Position numbers and translations under genes: made by a program
Assembly (NCBI GenBank): GCA_023387635.1
Contig: JAEWHU010000091.1
Span: 2,644 to 66,643, forward strand
Direction: 5' to 3'
Length of the DNA: 64,000 bases
Origin: Bacillota bacterium
GTDB lineage: Bacteria > Bacillota > Clostridia > Lachnospirales > Lachnospiraceae
Shown here: positions 49,686-59,545 of the stretch, in pieces
Layout: every line of letters begins with the position of its first letter
Position numbering within the stretch: the first letter of the stretch is position 1
Notes under the pieces: generated by a model
The model's database searches: none
Told to the model about the DNA's origin: nothing
Seen by the model: only the letters and a program-made list of their open reading frames with translations

Positions 49686-50738
49686 ATGAAAATAAACAAA
49701 AGACTCATTGCAATGGTTCTTATGTTAACGATCACTGTTAGTATGTTCACTGGATGCTCTTCTAGTGGTGCAGAAGGTGATAAAACAATTGTGAGAGTAG
49801 GGCATAACCAATCACAAAATCACCCAATTCACTTATCTTTGCTTGCATTTGAAGAATACGTAGAAACTGAACTTGGTGATAAATACGATGTACAGATATA
49901 CCCAAGTGAATTACTAGGTTCTCAAACAAACATGGTCCAGTTAACACAAACTGGAGCAATTAACTTTAGCGTTGCTAGTAATTCGATTCTAGAAACTTTC
50001 GATGACGTATTCGAGATATTTAACTTACCATATTTGTTTGCTAGTACGGATGCATATCATGCAGTAATGGATGATGAGGAATTAACAGAATCTATCTATA
50101 CGTCTACTGCAGATGCAGGATTTGAAGTAGTTACATGGTTCGATGCAGGTACACGTAATTTTTACACAATTGATACTCCAATTCATACCCCTGCCGATTT
50201 AAAGGGATTAAAGATAAGAGTTCAACAGTCTCCAACCAACGTAAGAATGATGGAATTACTTGGTGGTTCTGCATCACCGATGGGATTTGGCGAAGTTTAT
50301 ACTTCTCTTCAAGCTGGAATTATTGATGGAGCTGAAAATAATGAAATGTCACTTACTGATAATGGACATGGTGAAGTAACTAAATATTATTCATACGATA
50401 TGCATCAGATGGTTCCTGATATGCTCATTGGTAATTATGATTTCCTTCAAGAACTTTCTGCAGATGATAGAGCTGTTTTTGAAGAAGGATTTAAGATTGC
50501 TAATAGTGTCGAAAGAGAAGAATGGACAAAAGCGGTAGAACATGCAAAAGACAAGGCAGAAAAAGAAATGGGGGTTAATTTCATTTACCCAGATCAAGAA
50601 CCTTTCAAAGAAATTTGTCTTCCTTTACATGAAGAAGTATTAAAAAGGAATCCCAAGTTACAAAAGTATTACGATAAGATTCAAGAATACAATGAACAAT
50701 ATCCTGCCCATGAAGTAGGAGAGGAGGATGCAAGGTAA
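49686..50738 (+). CDS. TRAP transporter substrate-binding lipoprotein (DctP family)
   Basis: Lipobox FTGCSS, with DctP-like GHNQSQNHP and KIRVQQSP motifs. Confidence 0.9.
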   Translation: MKINKRLIAMVLMLTITVSMFTGCSSSGAEGDKTIVRVGHNQSQNHPIHLSLLAFEEYVETELGDKYDVQIYPSELLGSQTNMVQLTQTGAINFSVASNSILETFDDVFEIFNLPYLFASTDAYHAVMDDEELTESIYTSTADAGFEVVTWFDAGTRNFYTIDTPIHTPADLKGLKIRVQQSPTNVRMMELLGGSASPMGFGEVYTSLQAGIIDGAENNEMSLTDNGHGEVTKYYSYDMHQMVPDMLIGNYDFLQELSADDRAVFEEGFKIANSVEREEWTKAVEHAKDKAEKEMGVNFIYPDQEPFKEICLPLHEEVLKRNPKLQKYYDKIQEYNEQYPAHEVGEEDAR

Positions 50739-51292
50739 TGGTTAAATTAAGAAAAATATTAAATGCAACAATGGCCATATTAAGTGGAGTAAGTTTTGCG
50801 GCTATGGTGCTATTAGTAGTATGGCAAGTATTTACACGTTATATTTTAAAACATCCTTCCTCTTGGTCTGAAGAACTTGTTTCTTATTTATTTGCATGGA
50901 TGGCTCTCTTTGGAGCATCATTAGCAGTAAGTGAAAGAGGACATATGAATATACCTGTACTTGTAGATAAATTTAAGCCAGGTGTTAAAAAAGTTTTCGC
51001 ATTATTTGCCGAAGCTATCATATTTATTTTCTCAGCAGTTGTATTGATTTGGGGAGGTTTCGCCATATCTAAACTGGCTATGGGTCAAATGACATCATCT
51101 TTAGGCGTGTCAGTGGGAGTATTTTATTTTGCACTTCCAGTTAGTGGTGTATTAAATATGATTTTCTCTGCATTAAATATTTATGATATAACAAAAGGAA
51201 ATATTTCATTATTACCTCCTGATGAGAATGCAGCAATACTAGAAGAAGCTGAAAAATTAAAAAAAATAGATAAAGTGGAGAAGGGGGTATAA
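50738..51292 (+). CDS. TRAP transporter small permease (DctQ family)
   Basis: Four TM helices. The start overlaps the stop of dctP (TAATG). Confidence 0.85.
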   Translation: MVKLRKILNATMAILSGVSFAAMVLLVVWQVFTRYILKHPSSWSEELVSYLFAWMALFGASLAVSERGHMNIPVLVDKFKPGVKKVFALFAEAIIFIFSAVVLIWGGFAISKLAMGQMTSSLGVSVGVFYFALPVSGVLNMIFSALNIYDITKGNISLLPPDENAAILEEAEKLKKIDKVEKGV

Positions 51293-51296
51293 AAAC

Positions 51297-52601
51297 ATGG
51301 CAATGGAAGCGTTATTAATTATAGTAGTAGTTTTAATTGTATTAATGGCACTTGGAGTACCAATTGCATACTCCATTGGTCTTGCTTCATTAGCGGCAAT
51401 TGTATCAACAGTTCCGTTTGATGTTGCTGTCATCACAGGTGCACAGAGAACTTTTGTAGGTATGTCAAGCTTTACATTAACAGCAATACCTTTCTTCATA
51501 CTTGCAGGAAACCTTATGAATCAAGGTGGTATTGCAAAGAGACTAGTTAATTTTGTTATGGCTATTCTTGGTAAACTCCCTGGAGCCCTACTTGTAACAA
51601 ACGTAGGAACAAATGCACTTTTTGGAGCTATCTCTGGTTCAGCTGCAGCTGCAGCTGCAGCTGTAGGTAATATGGTTAAACCAGGTGAAGAAGAACTTGG
51701 ATATGATAAAGCAATCAGTGCGGCTACCAATGCAGCATCAGCTCCAAGTGGTCTTCTAATTCCTCCAAGTAATGCACTAATTACGTATTCATTAGTATCA
51801 GGTGGAACATCAGTTGCTGCTTTGTTCCTTGCAGGATACCTACCAGGTATTATTTGGGCCCTAGCTTGTGTCGTAGTAGCAATATTAATTGCAAAGAAAA
51901 AGGGATACAAAGGAATTTCAGGTAAGATTAATTGGAGCAATCTTTTTAAAGCAACGATAGATGCGATTCCTTCCTTAGGCTTAATCGTAGTTGTAATTGG
52001 TGGTATTATTGCTGGTGTATTTACAGCAACAGAAGGTTCAGCAATTGCTGTTGTTTATGCATTAATTCTTGGTATCATATATAAAAATATTACTTTAAAA
52101 AATTTATGGAGCATACTTGTTGATAGTGCTAAAATGAGCGGTATTATTGTATTCTTGATTGGTGTTTCCAATATATTAAGTTGGGTTATGGCATTTACAG
52201 GAATTCCACAAGCCATTGCAGATGTACTTTTAGGAGTAACCAACAACTTCTATATCATATTACTTATTATGAATGTTATTCTTCTTATTGCAGGTACTTT
52301 CATGGATGTAACACCAGCTATTCTTATCTTTACACCATTATTCCTTCCAATTGTAACACAATTTGGAATGAGCCCAATACATTTTGGTTTAGTATTAGTA
52401 TATAATCTATGTATTGGTAATATTACACCACCGGTTGGTAATACACTATTTGTAGGTATTAAAGTGGGAGATACGTCTCTTGCAAAAGTTATGCCTTGGA
52501 TGCTTCGTTATTATATAGCTATTCTTATAGGTTTACTATTAGTAACTTATATTCCAGCAATTACTATGTTATTGCCAAGACTTGCAGGACTAGTTGGCTA
52601 A
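51297..52601 (+). CDS. TRAP transporter large permease (DctM family)
   Basis: 434 aa polytopic membrane protein with FTLTAIPFFILAGNLM and GAISGSAAA motifs. Confidence 0.9.
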   Translation: MAMEALLIIVVVLIVLMALGVPIAYSIGLASLAAIVSTVPFDVAVITGAQRTFVGMSSFTLTAIPFFILAGNLMNQGGIAKRLVNFVMAILGKLPGALLVTNVGTNALFGAISGSAAAAAAAVGNMVKPGEEELGYDKAISAATNAASAPSGLLIPPSNALITYSLVSGGTSVAALFLAGYLPGIIWALACVVVAILIAKKKGYKGISGKINWSNLFKATIDAIPSLGLIVVVIGGIIAGVFTATEGSAIAVVYALILGIIYKNITLKNLWSILVDSAKMSGIIVFLIGVSNILSWVMAFTGIPQAIADVLLGVTNNFYIILLIMNVILLIAGTFMDVTPAILIFTPLFLPIVTQFGMSPIHFGLVLVYNLCIGNITPPVGNTLFVGIKVGDTSLAKVMPWMLRYYIAILIGLLLVTYIPAITMLLPRLAGLVG

Positions 52602-52631
52602 CTAGTATATATAAAGAAATAAAGAACAAAG

Positions 52632-52665
52632 AGGTAGAGAATGTTATAGTTCTCTGCCTTTTTTG
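52632..52665 (+). terminator. intrinsic terminator after the TRAP operon
   Basis: AGGTAGAGAA pairs with TTCTCTGCCT and is followed by TTTTTG. Confidence 0.75.
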
Positions 52666-52762
52666 TGTGCCAGCATGGGACTTACACTTTTGAAAATTCG
52701 ACTAAATTTTAAGAATATAATTTATCATTTTCAACTTCATTTTACATGAATTGTATATTTTG

Positions 52763-52790
52763 TTGAAAAATTTTACATAAATGGTATAAT
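52763..52790 (+). promoter_or_regulatory. extended -10 promoter upstream of the Cys-rich gene
   Basis: TTGAAA (52763-52768), a 16 nt spacer ending in TGG, then TATAAT (52785-52790). Confidence 0.55.
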
Positions 52791-52972
52791 ATGAATAAAT
52801 ATAAATATCCTGTCTGCACAAGTACCAAATATCTTAATTCAAGTTATATATATTAAAGACTAGTGGTGATTGATATGGATGTGATGTAATTGATATTGGG
52901 CATTAGTTGGACAACTAAGTTTATACAATAGATAAGGAAGTTTACCTTTAGAAACTGTATAAAAGACAGAAG

Positions 52973-54604
52973 ATGGACGAGGAGAAAATTGATATGCATG
53001 AGAATTCAAAACCAGTAATTCAGATCGACCATGAATCACTACCGAATGGGGATGTAACTACAAATGATTTTTATAGTTCAATCGCGATGAAAACCATTCA
53101 TAGTATCTTTCATAAGAATGAAAGTCAAATTTTAGAGAAATATTTTCAGTGTGTTCATATCGAAGAAATATGTAACAAACCAATTACTTACATTACCACA
53201 GAGACGATGTATGAAACCAGGAGCATATATGAGAAGAGAGTACCTTCTTCAAATATTCCGACCTCGGCTAGTAGAATATATTCTGCATCTGAGTTTAATG
53301 TTTGGGATCTGCATATGGCCGATATCCCAAAAGGGTTTGCTAATCAGAACTTTATTATGACGGTAGAGGGCACGGATTTGCTAGAAGACTGCACCACTTG
53401 TGATACCAATGGACAAGTTCGCTGCTATGACTGTTCTAGAGGGACTGTGACCTGTGATAGCTGTAGTGGACATGGTAATTTATACTGTGGAGTATGTGGT
53501 GGATACGGCGAGTCTAATTGTAGTTATTGTGGTGGAACCGGATATACAACGAGGCATGAAGTTATTGGTTATGATAATGACAACATTGCTATTTGGGATG
53601 ATGTCAGATACGACTGTAATTGTCTATTTGGTAAGGTTACCTGTAATAACTGTGGTGGTTCCGGTTCTGTCACCTGTGGAACCTGTGATGGCAGTGGAGA
53701 TGTCGTCTGTTCTAGATGCGGTGGAAGCGCGTGGATTGACTGCTACGACTGCAATGGTATGGGATTTTTCTTAAATACGGTAGAGGCTTCTCAGGATTTT
53801 GTAGTGAATCAAAATAGATTGATAGTTACGAATTACAACCTGGCTTCGAATTATCCCAACGCAAACATTGAGATAACAGCAGAGGAGAATAGTCAGTTAT
53901 TAGGCTCCGTTACCCAGGAAAAGAGGATAACCGATATTCCTTGGAAACAATTTGTATCGGAGGAAAGTTTGAACGCCTTTTCAATGGAGGAAGATGGGCA
54001 GGCACTTTTGCAACAAGAATACAATGCCGTATCCATGCATCAACCCATAAGGCAGAGAATCAATATTTATCAGAAAAATCTATTGGATATCGAGTATAAG
54101 ATCAACAACACGACCTATCATCTTCTGGTAGATGATGGGAATGGAACCTATTATGAAGATATCTCTCCCTTAGACAATATTGTTACTGAGATGCTCAAAG
54201 AAATGCATGGATTGGAACAATCAGAAAATTATATTGAACTTGATAGGATCAGGAAAGAGATAGAAATAATCATAACAGGGGATACTAATTTACAACATTA
54301 CAGTGAGGACGTGACACGATGTATGCAGAGGATTACGAAGATGTCAAGAATTGCATCAACTGCGGCTTGTCTAGCCATAGCAACCATCATCAGCTTGGTA
54401 GGTTTAGTAATCAAGGAACCATATTATAAAAGTGTAAGGTTCTGGTTTGCTTTTATCATCTCAACTGTAATTGCAGTTAGTCCTTTGCTATGTAAGCGCT
54501 GGGCTATTGTGAAACCAAAGAAGAAACTTCACTTATATCTTTTTGGCGGAATTGTATCTTCTATAATTACTTTGCTCATTCACTGGATTATTTATTTACA
54601 CTAG
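52973..54604 (+). CDS. hypothetical protein: N-terminal domain, two blocks of DnaJ-CR-like CxxCxGxG zinc fingers, central domain, 3 C-terminal TM helices
   Basis: 543 aa. The CxxC motifs (CTTC, CYDC, CDSC, CGVC, CSYC, then CNNC, CGTC, CSRC, CYDC) lie at 53390-53766. The hydrophobic C-terminus includes IASTAACLAIATIISLVGLVI. The ATG at 52994 has a better SD (GAGGAG) than the one at 52973. Confidence 0.7.
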   Translation: MDEEKIDMHENSKPVIQIDHESLPNGDVTTNDFYSSIAMKTIHSIFHKNESQILEKYFQCVHIEEICNKPITYITTETMYETRSIYEKRVPSSNIPTSASRIYSASEFNVWDLHMADIPKGFANQNFIMTVEGTDLLEDCTTCDTNGQVRCYDCSRGTVTCDSCSGHGNLYCGVCGGYGESNCSYCGGTGYTTRHEVIGYDNDNIAIWDDVRYDCNCLFGKVTCNNCGGSGSVTCGTCDGSGDVVCSRCGGSAWIDCYDCNGMGFFLNTVEASQDFVVNQNRLIVTNYNLASNYPNANIEITAEENSQLLGSVTQEKRITDIPWKQFVSEESLNAFSMEEDGQALLQQEYNAVSMHQPIRQRINIYQKNLLDIEYKINNTTYHLLVDDGNGTYYEDISPLDNIVTEMLKEMHGLEQSENYIELDRIRKEIEIIITGDTNLQHYSEDVTRCMQRITKMSRIASTAACLAIATIISLVGLVIKEPYYKSVRFWFAFIISTVIAVSPLLCKRWAIVKPKKKLHLYLFGGIVSSIITLLIHWIIYLH

Positions 54605-54742
54605 GGCACATCTTAAAAGAACATAATACATGTGATTGAAATTTCAAAGAAATCGAAAATAGCTTTAACCCATTTATAGTTTATTTAACTTTTCAAATTT
54701 GAAATATAGTAATACATCCTTATACATTACAATATATTAATA

Positions 54743-55576
54743 ATGATGAATAATATATATGGTGTAAAAATGGATGAAAAATTAAATATTAAACTAGATG
54801 ACGAAGAAAAGGAAAAATTAAAATATTTTGTTAAAATAGGTATTGTTGTATTATCGATACTTGTATTAATAAGTCTTGGAATAAAATACATACCCAAAGT
54901 AGTAACCGTAACAAATTCATCTAGTTCCAGAAAACTGCCAATATACTGTGTAGATGAAGATGAAAACAAAGTGGCTTTAAGCTTTGATGCTGCTTGGGGG
55001 AATGAAGATACAGCAGAAATTCTAGAAATATTAGCTAAATATGATATTAAAGTTACTTTTTTTATGACAGGTGGATGGGTAGAAAAGTTCCCTGAGGATG
55101 TAAAGGCCATAGCAGCAGCAGGCCATGATCTTGGTAATCACAGTGAGAATCATAGGCATATGTCTCAAATATCCAAGGAAAAAAGCATGGAAGAAATTAT
55201 GTTAGTACATAATAAAGTAAAAGAGCTTACTGGTATCGAAATGAATTTGTTTAGGCCACCATATGGAGATTATAATAATACGCTGATTGATGCAACGAAC
55301 GAAGCGGGATATCATTGTATACAGTGGGATGTAGACAGTCTTGATTGGAAAGATTATGGAGTTGATTCCATAATTAATTCCGTTGTTAACAACAAACATC
55401 TTGGTAACGGTTCTATAATACTTTGTCATAATGGTGCTAAATATATCAAAGATGCATTAGAACCAATGATAATAGGTTTATTAGATAAAGGTTATAAAAT
55501 TGTACCTATCTCCGAATTAATCTATACAGGTGAATATTATATGGATCATGAGGGTAGGCAGTTTGAGAAGAAATAA
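54743..55576 (+). CDS. polysaccharide deacetylase (NodB homology, PdaB-like) with N-terminal TM anchor
   Basis: ALSFDAAWGNEDT, VTFFMTG and GNHSENHRHM motifs are present. The start codon is uncertain (54743, 54746 or 54770). Confidence 0.85.
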   Translation: MMNNIYGVKMDEKLNIKLDDEEKEKLKYFVKIGIVVLSILVLISLGIKYIPKVVTVTNSSSSRKLPIYCVDEDENKVALSFDAAWGNEDTAEILEILAKYDIKVTFFMTGGWVEKFPEDVKAIAAAGHDLGNHSENHRHMSQISKEKSMEEIMLVHNKVKELTGIEMNLFRPPYGDYNNTLIDATNEAGYHCIQWDVDSLDWKDYGVDSIINSVVNNKHLGNGSIILCHNGAKYIKDALEPMIIGLLDKGYKIVPISELIYTGEYYMDHEGRQFEKK

Positions 55577-55702
55577 ATAGCATTATTTGCTAGAACTAAG
55601 GAAGATATATAATAGGCTTTTAGTTCAAAGATGGAAAACAAGTCTGGTGGAAGTAGATATTAATTTTTATAAGAATTAATGAAAACAATGTTTTATAATT
55701 AG

Positions 55703-55727
55703 GCACTTACTGAGGTAGGTGCTTTTT
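55703..55727 (+). terminator. intrinsic terminator
   Basis: GCACTTAC-TGAG-GTAGGTGC is followed by TTTTT. Confidence 0.7.
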
Positions 55728-56059
55728 GTATTCTAATCTATACTAGAACACCAGTCACGATTATTATTCGTCGCACCTAAGAATAATAAGAAATGCAAAG
55801 TCATATCTAATGATATATCAATAAGAAAGAGGAATATGTCATTGTTTGTAGTAAGACAATATATTATAATTTTCATCATAATCATTGTACTCACGTTTAT
55901 TGGAACGTTCCACAGAAGTTCTTCTGACATATCCCTTTCTTACATTACTTACTGTCACTTGGTGCTATGTTAAATAATAGTTGATTACCCTTGATAGAGA
56001 AATCATATAGCTTTATTAGCTATATCATTATAATAATAATTATTATAGGAGGTATTGTT

Positions 56060-57874
56060 ATGTTATCTAATAGAAAAGAAGATTTAAATTATGTACTTTG
56101 CTATACCCGATTACCTCAAGAAGAAGCTATATACTCACCAAAGTTGGCTTATAGCATGCATCTTGGATTCAGTGAAGACGGTACATATTTCAAGGATTTG
56201 AATCATAATTCTGGAGTTTTGTTTGCAAAAGCAACGAATAATGAAGATGGAACATTGAATGCAAAGAGTCTAAAAAAGCCATATGTTTTCCATATGACAG
56301 ATAATAATTTTGGTGTTGTGGCAGTTCGCACGGAGCCTTATGGGGAAAATGATAAGCAAAGCAAAGGTAAAATTTTATTGTTCACATCTCCTGACCTTTT
56401 ACAGTATAAGGAAGTCGGTTTGATTGACCTTAGGGTAGATACTTATGTAGAAGATGTATCCTGCCATTATGAGGAAGAGAAAAAAGCTTATATTATTAAA
56501 TGGAGAGATGAAAAGGGGAACTATTATAAGAATTATATTACTGATATTACGAGCTTAAACAATGCAACAGATCCAGAAGAAGCCGAAGCTTTTTTCATAA
56601 ATCAAGTAATTGCAGGTATTGAGGGAATTGTACAAAGGAATGTGATAGGTGTTTCAAAAGGAGTGGCACACCGACTGGTATGCAAACTTTCTGTTCCTAC
56701 CAATGTTAAAATTGTAGTTCCTGAAAGGGTAATTGTGGGGTCGGAAGAGGAATTGAAAGCTGTAAAAGCAACTGCTCTATACAATGATGGAACAAAAGAT
56801 AGCAAGGTGATCGATTGGGATACATCTGGGGTTATATGGGATAAGCCTGGAAACTATTCTATCAAAGGTGTAGTACGTCAGGAACGTTATGTATTCCCGA
56901 TTGTCACCAACCGTGCTGATCCATGTATTGCTAAGTGGAAGGGAAAGTATTATTTTATTGCTACCAATGATGCAGATGGTAATAAAAGCTTATACGCAAG
57001 GGAAGCGGACACCATCCCTGGTTTAGTAACTGCCAATGAAACTTTGATACTAGATACTAATACCTATGAAGATATCGGAGGACTGCTTTGGGCACCCGAA
57101 TACCATGTTGTGGATGGTGAACTATATATTTATCATGCTGCAACACCAGGAGAATTCTTTAGGGAGGAATCCCATGTTATGAAGTTGCGCAGTGGTGGTA
57201 ACCCAATGTGTAAGGATGATTGGTCAAGACCTTACCGTGTTGTTAAGAAAGATGGTTCTTATCTGTGTGAATCTGGAAAGACAATTTCACTTGATATGAC
57301 AATTTTTGAGATAGACGGAGAGTATTATGCTGCTTGGTCACAACGGCAGTTTTTACCGGTGGATTTGGGTGCATGGATATACCTTGCTAAAGTTGATAAG
57401 AAAGAACCTTGGAAGCTTATTTGTGACCCTGTAGTTATTTCTAAGCCTGATTATGGATGGGCCAACAATCATTCATTTGTTGATGAAGGGCCTTTTACAA
57501 TCATAAAGGATGGAAAGATATTTTTAACTTTTTCCAGTGCGTTAGTGGATGAAACTTATGCTGTTGGCCTTCTAACTGCTAGTGTGAATGCTGATTTAAT
57601 GAATCCTGAGAGTTGGGTAAAGACTAATTATCCATTACTTACCTCCAGAAGTATTCCAGGTGAATATGGGCCAGGTCATAACGCTTATGTAATCGATGAC
57701 AATGGAACGTATTGGAATACTTATCATGCAAGACCAGGAGTAGGAGCACCAAGGTCCTCAGGTTTACGTCGTGTTCATTTTGACATAGATGGATATCCGG
57801 TACTTGATTTACCAGAATATAGAGACTTAAATAGAGATATGACAAAAGTAGTTATGGATATCATAGTGAAGTAA
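56060..57874 (+). CDS. GH43 family glycoside hydrolase (arabinofuranosidase/xylosidase-like) with approximately 290 aa N-terminal extension
   Basis: The C-terminal half has RADPCIAKWKGKYYFIATND, LWAPEYHVVDGELYIY and VDEGPF motifs. AGGAGG lies upstream of the ATG at 56060. Confidence 0.85.
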   Translation: MLSNRKEDLNYVLCYTRLPQEEAIYSPKLAYSMHLGFSEDGTYFKDLNHNSGVLFAKATNNEDGTLNAKSLKKPYVFHMTDNNFGVVAVRTEPYGENDKQSKGKILLFTSPDLLQYKEVGLIDLRVDTYVEDVSCHYEEEKKAYIIKWRDEKGNYYKNYITDITSLNNATDPEEAEAFFINQVIAGIEGIVQRNVIGVSKGVAHRLVCKLSVPTNVKIVVPERVIVGSEEELKAVKATALYNDGTKDSKVIDWDTSGVIWDKPGNYSIKGVVRQERYVFPIVTNRADPCIAKWKGKYYFIATNDADGNKSLYAREADTIPGLVTANETLILDTNTYEDIGGLLWAPEYHVVDGELYIYHAATPGEFFREESHVMKLRSGGNPMCKDDWSRPYRVVKKDGSYLCESGKTISLDMTIFEIDGEYYAAWSQRQFLPVDLGAWIYLAKVDKKEPWKLICDPVVISKPDYGWANNHSFVDEGPFTIIKDGKIFLTFSSALVDETYAVGLLTASVNADLMNPESWVKTNYPLLTSRSIPGEYGPGHNAYVIDDNGTYWNTYHARPGVGAPRSSGLRRVHFDIDGYPVLDLPEYRDLNRDMTKVVMDIIVK

Positions 57875-58100
57875 TAGTTATAAAATTATTATATAAAGGT
57901 TATAAAAGGCTTAGGGAGTTGTGCTCTCTAGGTCTTTTTCTTGTATGCAATGATGTAGAGATGTAAAAAACTTTAACTATATTGATTATATCTTTAAGAA
58001 AAGCTATAATAAAATAATTGCAATAAAAAATCACAAATGGAAAATATACTAAAGAAATGAGATATTTACTTTTAAAGTATATATCGGTGGAGCTGATGAT

Positions 58101-59366
58101 ATGTATAATCAATATATAAATATTCTTAGAGAAGAGTTAGTTACTGCACAAGGTTGTACTGAGCCAATTGCAGTTGCTTTTTGTGCGGCAAAAGCAACTA
58201 AAGTTTTGGGGAAAACTCCTGAAAAAATAGTTGTCTCGGTTAGCGGAAACATCATAAAAAATGTAAAGAGCGTAATAGTGCCTAACACAAATGGGTTAAA
58301 AGGAATTGAAGTGGCTAGTATATTTGGTGCTATTGTAGGTAAGCCAGAAAAAGAACTTGAAGTACTAGCTGATGTAAGTGATGAAGATAGGATAAAAGCT
58401 TCTAAATATATAAATAAAGAAGATTATTGTTGTGTTGAACATCTTAGAACAAATGCAAAACTACATATGATAGTGAAAGTCTTTGCAGAAGGAGAGTATG
58501 CTTTAGTCGAAATTATAAATCAGCATACGAATATAATAAAGATTGAAAAAAATAATAAAATTATATTTGAGGATTTACAAAATGTAAATAACATTAATGA
58601 TGGGTTGACTGATAGAAGGTGTCTTAATGTGGCTGATATTATAGAATTTGCAAATAATGTAGAGATTGAAAAGATTATAGATATAATAGAACGACAAATT
58701 GATTACAATACAAAAATCTCTGATGAAGGTCTTAGAAATAAATATGGAGCTAATATTGGAAAAATGTTAATCGAAGCGTATGGTGAAGATATAAGAGTTG
58801 TAGCTAAGGCAAGAGCTGCAGCAGGTTCTGACGCTAGAATGAGCGGATGTGTTTTACCAGTAGTAATAAATTCAGGTTCTGGAAACCAAGGAATGACAGT
58901 TTCTCTTCCAGTTATAGCCTATGCACAATATATTGGGGCTAGTAAAGAAGAATTAATTAGAGCGTTAGCACTTAGTAATTTAATAGCAATTCATCAAAAG
59001 ACAAAAGTTGGTCGTCTTTCAGCATATTGTGGAGCAGTTAGTGCTGCAACAGGAAGTGGCGCTGGAATTGCATGGCTTGATGGGGCAGATGAAGAAGTAA
59101 TTAATAAAACAATTATTAATACTCTTGCAAATGTATCGGGGATTCTATGCGATGGCGCAAAACCTTCTTGTGCAGCTAAAATTGCTTCTGCTGTTGATGC
59201 TGCTTTTATGGGATATGAGTTGGCAAAAAAAGAAATGGTTTTCTTATCTGGTGATGGAATAGTCAAAGATAATGTTGAGAAAACAATTATAAGTGTAGGT
59301 GAGATTGCTAGCAAAGGTATGGCTACAACGGATGAAGAAATTATTAATATCATGATCACAAACTAA
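58101..59366 (+). CDS. UPF0597 / L-cysteine desulfidase family (serine dehydratase alpha-like) protein
   Basis: The N-terminus ...ELVTAQGCTEPIAVAFCAAKA and the motif NSGSGNQG are characteristic of YhaM/CdsB-type proteins. Confidence 0.75.
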   Translation: MYNQYINILREELVTAQGCTEPIAVAFCAAKATKVLGKTPEKIVVSVSGNIIKNVKSVIVPNTNGLKGIEVASIFGAIVGKPEKELEVLADVSDEDRIKASKYINKEDYCCVEHLRTNAKLHMIVKVFAEGEYALVEIINQHTNIIKIEKNNKIIFEDLQNVNNINDGLTDRRCLNVADIIEFANNVEIEKIIDIIERQIDYNTKISDEGLRNKYGANIGKMLIEAYGEDIRVVAKARAAAGSDARMSGCVLPVVINSGSGNQGMTVSLPVIAYAQYIGASKEELIRALALSNLIAIHQKTKVGRLSAYCGAVSAATGSGAGIAWLDGADEEVINKTIINTLANVSGILCDGAKPSCAAKIASAVDAAFMGYELAKKEMVFLSGDGIVKDNVEKTIISVGEIASKGMATTDEEIINIMITN

Positions 59367-59431
59367 CGTGCAAGTGGTATGGGCTCATACGTTAGTTATT
59401 GACAATTCTTATGGATAAAGTTTATAGGAAA

Positions 59432-59481
59432 GCCTTTCAACCGATGATAATATTTTTGATTCTATCATTCGGTTAAAAGGC
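59432..59481 (-). terminator. hairpin downstream of the GH42 gene
   Basis: GCCTTT..AACCGATGATA pairs with TATCATTCGGTT..AAAGGC. On the minus strand it is followed by TTTCCTAT. Confidence 0.45.
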
Positions 59482-59545
59482 CACCATTAGTCAGAATTGG
59501 TGAAGTATAGATGATTATGGACAAATACTTACCAATACATAATTT

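Noticed and set aside
51643-51665. The (GCTGCA)n microsatellite.
   Set aside because: It encodes the AAAAAAA stretch of a DctM transmembrane segment. It is in frame and is a trivial coding repeat.
53151-53774. Same-strand alternative-frame ORFs (53151-53360 and 53454-53774) inside the Cys-rich gene.
   Set aside because: They arise because the TGY/GGN-rich coding frame leaves the +1 frame free of stops. The Val/Met-rich products have no RBS.
52860-54604. The Cys-rich gene as a GC-rich horizontally acquired island.
   Set aside because: Hand counts of 60 nt lines give about 35-47% GC inside the gene. aspS, the TRAP genes and the GH genes give 37-48% on the same test. The contrast is only with the AT-rich intergenic DNA and the neighbouring deacetylase gene. 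I saw no flanking direct repeats or integrase, so there is no evidence of transfer without a proper k-mer or codon analysis.
55733-55930. 65 aa minus-strand ORF between the deacetylase and GH43 genes.
   Set aside because: The SD-like AAGGGA is too close to the ATG. There is no terminator in its orientation and no recognisable family. It could be a small membrane protein, but the evidence is insufficient.
7561-59359. Long antisense ORFs inside genes: 7561-7920, 8355-8783, 13607-13981, 33383-33811, 33824-34225, 51521-51940, 54727-55110 and 58994-59359, plus the many 60-80 aa ones.
   Set aside because: Every one lies opposite a confidently assigned gene. All lack SD sequences and encode low-complexity or odd compositions. 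They are the usual shadow frames produced by codon periodicity.
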